A DNA stretch of 63,676 nucleotides, the filler included, from Squatina squatina (taxonomy: Eukaryota): NCBI GenBank assembly GCA_031763465.1. It is 4 parts of 4 records of this genome, joined end to end, with 100 filler letters (N's around TTAATTAATTAA, not from the genome) between each part and the next. Parts side by side here need not be neighbours in the genome. Positions count along the whole stretch, not along the records: positions 45,875 to 63,676 come from JARFOE010358582.1; 3 more parts are not named here. One strand, given 5' to 3'. The position numbers and the translations under genes are program-made. Of this stretch, positions 53,744-63,676 are shown piece by piece. Each line of letters starts with the position of its first letter. The first letter of the stretch is position 1. The notes under the pieces are model-generated. The model was not told the DNA's origin. It ran no database searches and saw only the letters and a list, made by a program, of their open reading frames with translations.

Positions 53744-53771
53744 GGAAGTGCAGAAGCAGCACTGGAATGAG
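53744..53771 (+). pseudogene. First cytoplasmic mini-exon of the Ig receptor ((G)KCRSSTGM(R))
   Basis: Strong acceptor TTTTTTTTCCTCGCAG and donor GAG|GTGAGC; 28 bp, phase 1-2; basic juxtamembrane residues. Confidence 0.65.
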
Positions 53772-53907
53772 GTGAGCACATTAACAGAAGATTGAGAACA
53801 TTTCCACTATACTCAAACAAAATGATGTTGAGGATTAAATATTCGGCAAAATTCCACCATCAGTAATTTAAAAGTTGTGATATCTCAATTAAGGAATGGA
53901 ACTCCCC

Positions 53908-53908
<1 letters not shown>

Positions 53909-53952
<44 letters not shown>
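53909..53952. repeat. (AC)22 microsatellite
   Basis: Perfect dinucleotide run. Confidence 0.98.
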
Positions 53953-53954
<2 letters not shown>

Positions 53955-54428
53955 CCTCGCACTCAATTCGCAAAAAAGTGCAAGGTTTATTTAGAATCAT
54001 ATTTCAAATGGCGCTGAAAGAGAGTCCTGCATCAATCGTGCCTGTGCTGGCTCTTTGAAAGAGCTGTGAAATTAGTCCCAACCCAGCGCTCTTTCCCAGA
54101 GACCAGCACCTTTATTCCACTTACCCTTATTTATCTGATTCTAATTTGAATGCTCGATAGAATCTGCTTCCACCACCATTTCAGACAACACATTTCAGAT
54201 TAAAGAAACTGTTGCATTAAAAAAATCCGTAGATTGCATCTGGTTCTTTTGCCAATTATCTTAGCTCTGTGTCCTCTGGTTACCTACCGAACTGACACTG
54301 TGAACAGTTTCTCTCTATGTACTCTATCGAGAAGGCTTATCTACCCAAATTGCAAGATCCATTTCAGAAACATTTCTAAGAAATTCAGAACACTTGTAAA
54401 ATAAGCTGATGATTTATTTCGTTTTCAG

Positions 54429-56187
54429 GACCATGCCTCCTCGTAGTGACCAAAACAACGACAGTGCTACATCTAAGTTCTGTTTTTTAACCTTGCATCT
54501 AGAATTACCACTGCCCTTTAGCTTCATTGTGGTGGGGGGTTTGCACTTAAGACGAAAGAGCAATGACAAAGATATTGCTGCGTTTCCAGTGAGAGTTGGT
54601 AGATTTCGGACTGCATTTAGCAAATCTGCTGAGACTCACAGAGAGTGCCAGTCATTTCTAACTAACTTTGCAAATCTGCCCGAGAAGCAATTTAAACATT
54701 GATTTCGTATTTTTACATTTCAGCTAACCAGGAATTGAGGATTTAATGTACGCCGTAAGTGAGGAGTTGATAGAGGGAAAGAGAAATTTGGACCAACCAG
54801 CACAGATCAAATTCAGGCCCTCTTTTAATTTCTGATATTGTGTGTAAACGATAGGAAATTAGTGTATACATTACTTCAATTGTTATATATTTATAACAAA
54901 GTAGGAAAGTATTTGTCAATTGCTGAAGCAATTAGTTGCTAAATGTGCCAGAGATTTTCCAAACAGGGTAAGAAGGTGGTGCATGATCAAAACGCTACAA
55001 CGCCACTGCTGGTGATCGCCTGTAATTAAAAAATGAGAATTTCATTTGGAAGATATTTATTGTAGTTGTGAATAGAACAAGCCATTTAAATCGGAAAAAA
55101 GATGATGCAACTGTGTAAAAATTTTTTAAACCAAAGTACTTTTTCGTCAACGGGAAGTGGGTGATTACATAAGGTTTTTCATCTTTGGTAATTGAACTTA
55201 CAACGCATTCGGGTTCGGGTTAGAGAGAAGACTTTGTATAATCTTCAGAAAATCTTTTACATGAGGGGAGCGGATTACAGAATAAAGTTGCAGACATGTA
55301 GTTGCATAATAATTCTGTTCTTTCTGTAGATTTCTGTTTTAGTTATTGTTTACAATAAAGCAGCAAAACATTTTCCAGTTTGAGAAGCAAAAAAGTTGTC
55401 CTGGGTGGAGCAAAGATCAACTGATACAATATATGTCCTATTGTGCATCTACTGCTGATATGCCATAATGGCTCTGTGCAAATTGACACAGTGAGCGTCC
55501 AGTATGAAGATGTACAAACGGTGGCCTTAGGTTGTCCAAAAGGGAACTCATTGAAACAACTGTATGAGAGAAAATTTACAACGTTCAATAATGCATTTTG
55601 GAAAAATACTCAGAAAAATGCATGATTGTTATAAATTGAACGTAAGGCATGAAATTCAGAATGAATTGCTCCCTTGTCCACATTCTGAAAACTAAATCCT
55701 TTGTATGATTAAGCTTTAAGTCTCAAAAGTTCAAAATTATACATGTAAGCAATCATTCTGAACACAGCACAACTGGAGACCTGGCACTTGTTGATAGTCA
55801 CAATAATAAAAAAAAATCACACACTGCAAGTCTGTTCCCCATCTGCAGAGAAACTTTGGGCATTATAACCATTTCCTGAAGAAAGAGAGAAAATGGGAAG
55901 GGAAGTCCGATGTAGAAGGAATGTCCACTTCCTCGTGTAAATCTGAACAGCAATTGATTGCGTTCATGGATTAGCTGCTCCCAATATTGGAGATGGTGTC
56001 CCGCCCCAATGATAATTCAATGAAACTAAATTTGGCTAAAGGTCTGAGCATAGGCATCAATCTCCTTAATAAAGTGGCGAATACTTTAAGTGGGGAAATA
56101 TCAATTAATTTTCCTATTGATTTTGTTTTACTTAGATGCTGTCATTAACCTGGAAGCAGAGTCGAGCACAGAAGAATTAAGTTATAG
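54429..56187 (+). pseudogene. Candidate further cytoplasmic exons of the Ig receptor (54429-~54472, 54724-54754, 56136-56187)
   Basis: Acceptors GTTTTCAG (phase 2, RTMPPRSDQNNDSAT), CATTTCAG (..PGIEDLMYA|GTAAGT) and TTTTACTTAG ((D)AVINLEAESSTEELSY.|GTGGCA); phases cannot all be reconciled and one frame contains TAA. Confidence 0.4.
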
Positions 56188-56321
56188 GTGGCATAAGCGT
56201 TAATTTACTTTCCTTGATGTTTTTTACCTCGCTCTTTCATGCAGCTGAAAAGAAGTGTGCAAATGTTTAGCTTCATTCTCTCAAGCTAGCATTTATTTTG
56301 AGACTGAGAAACTTTGTTCAG

Positions 56322-59300
56322 ATAACTTAGATAAGGTTAACGAGAAAGGAATGAGGGCAGAGCTGGGGAAACTGGATTGGGCAAATAGGTCAGTAAATAA
56401 GATGGTAGACAAGCAGGGACAGATCTTTAAGAAGATATTTCCTGACTCTCAGCTAAGATGCAGACCAGTGAGGAAGGATGATTCTAATAGAAGGATGAAC
56501 CAACCAGGACTACCTATGGAATTTATGGATGATACCAAATTGAAAAATAAGGCTTAGACTGTGGCACCGATTAATGGTAGGCCCCATGCTTGGTAAAATT
56601 TCAGAAATCAGCAAAGGAAAACCAATAAAAAAAGAGGAGTAAATAGCGAATGAGAATAAACTAAAAAGAAATATAAAAACTGACAAGAGCTTCTAAAGTA
56701 TACAACAAGGAAGAGAGTGGGGAAAGTGACTTTGAGCCCTCAGAGCATGATACTGGGGAAATAGTAATCGGGGACAAGGAAATGGCAGAGGAGTTCACCA
56801 AATAATTTACAACTGCTTTCATGGTAGGAGACACTAAAAGCATCCCAATAATACTAAGAAAACAACAATGGGGGGAAAAGGGGAGAAAATTTACACAACC
56901 ATTAACAGTTGCACAAAAGTATTAGCAAAATAATGGGACTAAAGTCTGACAAGCCCCCTTGGCCGGATGGCTTGCATCCGAGGATCATAGAAGAAGTTGC
57001 TCCAGACAAAGTGAATGCATCGGTTGTAACCTTCGAAAAAAATTTTGGAATCTGGAAATGTGCCAGAGGATTGGAAAACAGCCAATGAGCAACCCTATTC
57101 AAAAAGGGATGGAATCAAGAAGCAGGTAATTATCGGCCAGTTAACCTAAGCTTTGTCAGTAAAAAAATTCTTAGACTCCATTATTAAGGAAGTAATAGCA
57201 AGTCATTTAGAAATTCTTTATCCAAACAAGCAGAGTCAGCGTGGAATTGTGATCGGGCAATCATATCTGACATTTTTATTAGATTTATTTGAGGACGTAT
57301 CGTGCAAGATGGATGCAGGGGGACCAGTAGGTGTCGTGTAATTGGATTTCCAAAATGCGTTCGATAAGTTACAACACAAAAGCTTGCATATGAAGATAAG
57401 TACTAATGCTGTTCATGGTAATATACCAGCATCGGTAGAGGATTGGCTAATTGACAGAAAACAGAGAGTGGGGATAAATGGATAATTTGCAGGACAGCAA
57501 CCTATAACTAGTGAGAGGCAACAGGGATCAGTGCTGGGACCGCAAATATTTACAATATATATTAATTACTTGGAAGATGGAAACGAATGCACCATAGCCA
57601 TATCTGCTGATGATAAAACATAGTTGGGAAGGCAAGTTGTGAAGAGGATTCAAAGCGTAGGTAAATAAATATTGTTGTTGTTTGGCCCACATACCTCTAC
57701 CTTGCGGAGGCCAAATGCCAACTCTCTGGCACCTCCTCCGATTCCCACCTGACCATGACCCCACTACTGAAACTGAAGCCACCATCTCCCAGATGTTCAC
57801 TGATCACATCTCCGCTGGAGGTCTTCCCTCCACGGCTGCCAACCTCATAGTTCCCCAACCCTGCATGGACCGCTTCTACCTCCTTCCTAAGATCCACAAA
57901 CATGAATGCCCTGGTGAACCATCGTTTCAGCCTGCTTTGCCCCACTGAAATGATTTCCTCCTAAATCGACTCAATGTTTTCTCTCCTTGTCCAGTCTCTT
58001 CCCACCTTCATCCGTGACTCTTCCGATGCCCTCTGCCACTCCAGCACTTTCCAATTTCCTGGTTCCAAAACGGCTACTCGTCATCATGGACGTCCAATAT
58101 ATCTGCACCTCCATTGCACACCAGGACGGCCCGAGGGCGTTCTGCTTCTTCCTTGAACAGAGACCCAATCTGTCCGCATCACCACCAAGCCCCTGTGCCT
58201 GTCTGAACAGGTTATCACATTGAACAACTTCTCCTTTGACTCCACTCACTTCCTCCAAATTAAAGGTGCTGCTATATGCAACCGCATGGGTCCGAGGTGT
58301 ACCTAGCTTTTTGTGGGATATGTGGAAGAGTGTTTATTCCAGTCCTACTCAGGCTCCCTCAGCAACCTTTTTTTCCATTACATTTATGAATGGATCGGTG
58401 CTGTTTCCTGCTCTTGCACCGAACTAGAATATATCATTCACTTTGCCTCCTATTTCATCTCTTCCCTCACCTTCACATTTTCCATCCTTGAAAATTCCCT
58501 TCCGTTCCTCGAATTATCTGTCTCTATTTCTGGGGATAGACTCCTCACAATCATGGATACAAGCCCACTGACTCTCACAGCTACATAGAGTACAATTCCT
58601 CCCATCCCACTTCTTGTAACGACTTCAGTCCATTCTCCCAGTTCCTCCATCTCCATCGCATCTGTTATGACAACACCATCTTCCAAATCAATGGTTACGA
58701 TATGTCTTCCTTTTTCCTCAACTGAGGATTCCCCACTACCATGGTGGAAATGGCCTTCTACTGTGTCTATTCCATTTCCTGCACCTCTGCCCTGAACCTT
58801 TCTCCTCCCTCCCAGAACCATGATATGGTTCCCTTTGTCCTCACATTTCAATGCATCAGACTCCACATTCAATGGATCATCCTCTGCCATTCACACCACC
58901 TCCAGCGGGATTCCACCACCAAACACATCTTTCCCACCCCTCCTCTTTCAGTATCACGAAGGGACCACTCCCTCTACGACAACCTGCTCCACACCTCCAT
59001 CACCCCTTGCAACCCCTCACCTTCCCCCGCACCTTCCCGTGCAAGCGCAAGAAATGCTGCAACTGTCCTTTTACCTCCTCCCTTCCCACTGTCCAGGGCC
59101 CCAAACATTCCTTCCAGGTGAGTCAGTGATTTACTTGTACTTCGTTCAATATAGTATACTGTATTTTGCTGCTCACGATGTGGTCTCCTCTACATAGGAG
59201 AGACCAAACATTGATTGGGTGACTGCTTTGCAGAACACCTCCGTTCAGTCCGTAAGCGTGATCCCGAGCTTCCCGCCGTCTGTCACTTTAATTCTCCAAT

Positions 59301-60870
59301 TCAGTCCCAGTCTGACCTTTCCCTCCTTGGCCTCGTACCCTGATCCAATGAAATACAAGGCAATCTCGAGGAACAGGACCTCTCTTTCGATTAGGCACGT
59401 TACAGCCTTCTGGATTTAACATTGACATGTAAAAAATTTCAGCATAACCTCTGCTCTATCATTTTCGTCATGTTTTGCTCCTTTTTAAATGAAATCTATT
59501 TTTCGTTCCCCTCATGGCTGCTTCGGGTTTTTTTTCCCCTATTTGCACTCCATCTGGATGTAATGTGCTTCCTTATGTTGCCATTAACATCTCTGATAGA
59601 CTTGCATCATCTTTGAATCTCTTCTACCTTCCAGACATTCACACTATTATGTTACCCATTGTGCTAACCTCTGCCTTTCCACCCCCCAACCCTTTGCCTT
59701 TCAGTGCTTTAAAACTTGCTGTATTTCTGTCTTTTTTCAGTTCTGACGAATGATCATCGAACTGAAAATTTGACACTGTTTGTCTCTTCACAGATGCTGC
59801 CTGACCTGCTGAGTTTTTCCAGCATTTTCTGTTTGTATTTTACATAGATATTGATAGGTTAAATGAGTGGTCAGAAATTGGCAGTGAAGTATAATGTGGG
59901 AAAATGTGAAGTTATCCATATTTAAGAAAGAATAGAAAAGCAGAATATAATTAAATTGAAAAAGACTAGAGAAAGCTGCAGCACAGAGGGATTTGCGGGT
60001 CCTCGTACATGAAACTAACAAAGTTAGTATGCAGGTGCAGCGTTTAATTGGGAAGGCAACTGGAATGTTGGGTTTATTTCAAGCGGGTTGGAGCATTCAT
60101 GCTGGGAAGCCTTGCTACATCTGCACAAGGCACTAGTGAGACCACAACAATAGTACTGCAAATAGTTTTGGTCGCATTATGCATGGGAAGATACAGTTGC
60201 ATTGGAGGCAGTTCAGACATGGTTCACGAGGTTGATCCCGGACATGAACGGATTTTCTTTTGATGAAAGTTTGGAAATATAATCATTGGAGTTTCGAGGA
60301 ATGCGAGCCGATCTTATTTAACTATAGAGGTTTCTGAGGGGGCTTGAGAGGGGAAACGCTGAGAGGATGTTTCCCCTCATGGGGGAGTCATGCTGCCTCT
60401 TACTGCCCTTCATCTACTGAGGGAATTTCGCTGGACTATTGGGCTGATTAGTGGGGTCAATGCAAATGCAACCAGACCATTTAACAAAGGAGAGAGAGAG
60501 AAATCGAGGAACTACAGACTGGTTAACCTTACATCAGTCGCAGAGAAAATGGTACAATCTAACCAAGTCCATGAGGGAGCATAATCTCATGTCGCCCATT
60601 TAAAACGGAGATGAGGATGAATTTCTTCACTCAGAGGGTGGTTAACCTTTGGATCTATTTACTCCAGAGAGCTCTGGAGGCTGAGTAATTGAATATATTC
60701 GAGGCTGAGATAGTCAGATTTTTGATCAGCGAGGGAGTTAAGGGTCATGGGGAAAAGGCAGGAAAGTAGAATTGAGGAGAATATCACGTGAACCATGATC
60801 TTACTGGAATAGTGGGTTCGGGTCAAGGGGCCAAATGGCCTACTTTTGTTCCCACTACTTATGGTCTCAT
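56322..60870 (+). mobile_element. CR1 LINE (ORF2 to 3' UTR), decayed, interrupted by Penelope (57675-59840) and a ~180-bp insert (60390-60570)
   Basis: GMRAELGKLDW, SPWPDGLHPRI, GNYRPVNL, DFQNAFDK, QGSVLGPQIFTIYINYL..ADD; sequence resumes at GATATTGATAGGTTAAATGAGTGG (59848). Confidence 0.88.
57675..59840 (+). mobile_element. Penelope-like retroelement (RT + GIY-YIG endonuclease + terminal repeat), 5'-truncated and decayed
   Basis: RFYLLPKIHK, TFIRDSSDAL, LVIMDVQ, LNNFSFDSTHFLQIKG, FVGYVEE, LPFLELSV, CKRKKCCNCP, FTCTSFNIVY..CGLLYIGETK; many frameshifts. Confidence 0.92.
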
Positions 60871-61527
60871 GTCTGCACTAGTTTATTTTTCATATCTGAT
60901 TCGTCCTGTCCCGTAATTTTACAGTCATGAGAGGAAATACATTTCAGATTACATTTCAAATAATCTGAAAACGGCCTCACAGATCCATAAAATAGGGAGA
61001 AGTAACCAGAGCTGTGTCGGTCCATGTGGATAGGACAAGTGATTCACAGCAGAAAACTCATCTTAGAGGCTGAGGTTAATTGCTGTTACTTCTGTAGGGA
61101 TTAAAGGAACTAATTGTTTAATTACCGCGGTTGCTGCTGTACGTTCACAAACATGTATCTGTTCAGCCAAATATAAACAGTGTCCAACAGTGAAGGTTCA
61201 ATCAATTCGCCTTTCGGCCGATCGTGTCACGCCCGTTTTACACCACTGCAAGTTGGGAAAGTACCTCCCGATCTGTAAAGCATATGTGGATTCTCTGCTT
61301 CTGCTCGCGATTCCTTCCATATTTTTACACAAACTTAATTTCCTTAAGCTGTTACTTTCACCATTAATATAATGGTGTTAGGCAGTAAAAATCCAAAGGA
61401 GTGGCGCAAACGCTTTGGTTTACGGACAAGCCTGATGAAAAGGCACATTTTTCCATGTTGCTTCCCCTTTCCGCCCTTCATCTGCTGATCAATTTTCGCT
61501 GGCTATCGTGCTTAATATTGGGGTTAC

Positions 61528-62790
61528 TGCAAATGTAACACGTCTATTTAAGAAAGGAGAGAGCAAGAAATCGAGAAACTACCGACCGGTTAAACTAACA
61601 TCAGTAGCAGGGAAAATGGTAGAATCTAACCAAGTTCCTGGTAACAGTGGACTTAGAAAATAACAACAGGATCGGGCAGGCTCAACAGAGATTATGAAAG
61701 GGAAACCATGCTTGAATTATCTGTTAGAGACTTTTGAGGTTGTGACTAGCAGAAAAGGTAAGAGGAAACCAGTTGAAGTGGAACAGATGGATTTTCAGAA
61801 AGCATTAGATAAGGTACCACAGGAGAGGTTATTGAACACAATTAGAGCTCTTGGGAGAGGAGTAATCATAGATTCAAGATTGGGTAACGCAGAGAACACA
61901 AGCAGTATAAATCTCCGGGCCATGTTCGGATTAGCAGGCTGTAACAATGGATCAGTGCTTGGCCCTCAGGTATTCACAATCTATATCAGTGATGTGGATG
62001 AGGGGAATAAATTTAATACATTCCAATATGCAGATGGTTCAAATGTGAAGCTGTGCACTCTGATATCACAAAGATGAAGAGGAGTACTTTGTTTGTAAAT
62101 GATGAGATAGTTGGAAATCTTGATGTTCAGAGGGATCTGGGTTTCCTCGAAAAGGAATCACGGAAAGTTGGCATAGAGGCAAAGAAATCAATTGGAAAAG
62201 GAAATAGTTCTTTGGCCTTTATTGTAACCGGATTTGAGTAGACGAGAAACAAAGTCTTACTGCAATTATATAGAGCCCTCTTGAGATCACACGTGGAGTA
62301 TTGCATGAAATTTTGCTCGCCTTACAAGAAAATTCATCAGACTTAATCCTAGGAAAAATTGAGGAGACTAGGTCTATATTCACCAGGGTTTGAAGACTGA
62401 GAAGTGATGTCACTGAATCAGACAACATTCTTATAGAGTTTGACAGGGTTGATGCACGGCGCATGCTTCCTCCAATTGGGAGTCTGGAACCAGGGTCCAC
62501 ATCCTCAAAATAAGTGGTCAGCAAAGTAGAACCATGATGGCGTGAATGTTCTGCTATCACAGCGTGGTGATTCTCTGGAATTCTCTACCCGGGAATGCTG
62601 TGAATGCACAGTTACTGAGTATATTTAAGAAAGATGTGGATCTATTTTTGTATTCTAAGCCAACCAAAGGATATGTTGATAATGTGGGAAGGTAGAGCTG
62701 AGGTAGAAAATCAACCGTGGTCTTATTGAATGGTGAAGCAGGCTTGATGCGCCGAAAGGCCTGCTCCTGCTCCGATTTCTTATGTTCTTC
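61528..62790 (+). mobile_element. CR1 LINE, 5'-truncated, decayed
   Basis: ANVTRLFKKG..NYRPVKLTSVAGKMVE, MKGKPCLNYL, DFQKALDKVP, GSVLGPQVFTIYISD..YAD; 3' end GGCCTGCTCCTGCTCC.ATTTCTTATGTTCTT. Confidence 0.88.
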
Positions 62791-63144
62791 TGTTGTGATT
62801 TATTACCAGTTATGAATGCAATCGATTCAGTTTCTGACCAACCAAACCGTTCATTTAGGGTCGGCATGACATGGCCTGAGCCCAGCGTGAGGATTCCATC
62901 ATCTCTGCAGCTGTGAATCTATAGAACATTTCCAATTCTCCTGAGCACAAGCCCACCCTCTCAAATCGAGGTTAAGTGCTGAACAACGCGATTGTAATTA
63001 GTAGTTCATCAATTTCAGTATTCATCATCGAAATTTGCTATTTGGAAACATTCCGCAGGATAAATTTAATCGATGGAAGATGTGCAAACAGATTCCTGGC
63101 CTTTAGTTTAGTTCAAATTTCAATTCAACCACATTTTTTGCAGT

Positions 63145-63500
63145 ACAGGATCTGGAGTAGGCTACTCAGCCACTCGAGCCTACAATTACATCATGGCTTA
63201 TTCGCAGCGTATCTCCATTAGTCGGCTTAGCTTCATATCCTTTGAGACAATGACTTAATAGAAAGCTATAAATCCGAGTGTCTAAAGCTCCAATCGTCCC
63301 CCAGCATTCACAGCCTTTTTGGGCAGAGAGTAACTAATTCCTACAACGCATTCTGAAAAAAGGTGCTTCTTGATTTTTCTCCTGACCGGCTTAGCTCTAA
63401 TTTTAGGATAATTTCCCTTGGTTCCTGACACCCCCAGCTAGATAAATTCTCTGTAGATAAACTGGTAAATCATTTCAATATTTTAAACACCTCGATTATT
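63145..63500 (-). mobile_element. CR1 3' end fragment
   Basis: GGAGTAGGCTACTCAGCCACTCGAGCCT antisense CR1 tail, as at 10415-10486. Confidence 0.65.
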
Positions 63501-63676
63501 TACAAAATATATTAATGATTTGGACGAGGGAATTGAATGCACCAACTCCAAGTTTGCGGATGACACGAAGCTGGGTGGCAGTGTTAGCTGTGAGGAGGAT
63601 GCTAGGAGGCTGCAGGGTGACTTGGATAGGTTAAGTGAGTGGGCAAATGCATGGCAGATGCAATATAATGTGGATA
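63495..63676 (+). mobile_element. CR1 RT fragment, young-looking, runs off the window
   Basis: LFTKYINDLDEGIECTNSKFADDTKLGGSVSCEEDARRLQGDLDRLSEWANAWQMQYNVD with intact FADD. Confidence 0.9.

Overview
Vertebrate genomic DNA, very probably shark or another cartilaginous fish (inferred from SacSINE1/DeuSINE-type SINEs and shark-type CR1, L2, Penelope and Harbinger repeats). It is not one locus: three artificial linkers (N44-TTAATTAATTAA-N44) join four unrelated segments. Segment 1 (1-13752) holds five minus-strand exons of EFR3A, with other exons lost in gaps. Segment 2 (13853-27606) is repeat-dominated (RTE LINE, Harbinger Myb/SANT gene relic, MITE, SINEs) with no recognisable host gene. Segment 3 (27707-45774) holds one AKT kinase activation-loop exon plus CR1, L2 and Harbinger relics. 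Segment 4 (45875-63676, gap-free) holds the most interesting feature: a multi-exon Ig-superfamily receptor resembling the leukocyte receptor complex (LILR/KIR/GPVI/CHIR-type C2 domains). It has an Arg at the start of its transmembrane segment, candidate Tyr-motif cytoplasmic exons and an in-frame stop (probable pseudogene), and sits among nested CR1 and Penelope elements carrying degenerate hammerhead-ribozyme cores. Most ORFs in the supplied track are spurious or run through N gaps. All family calls come from reading the sequence; no database search was run, and repeat boundaries are approximate.
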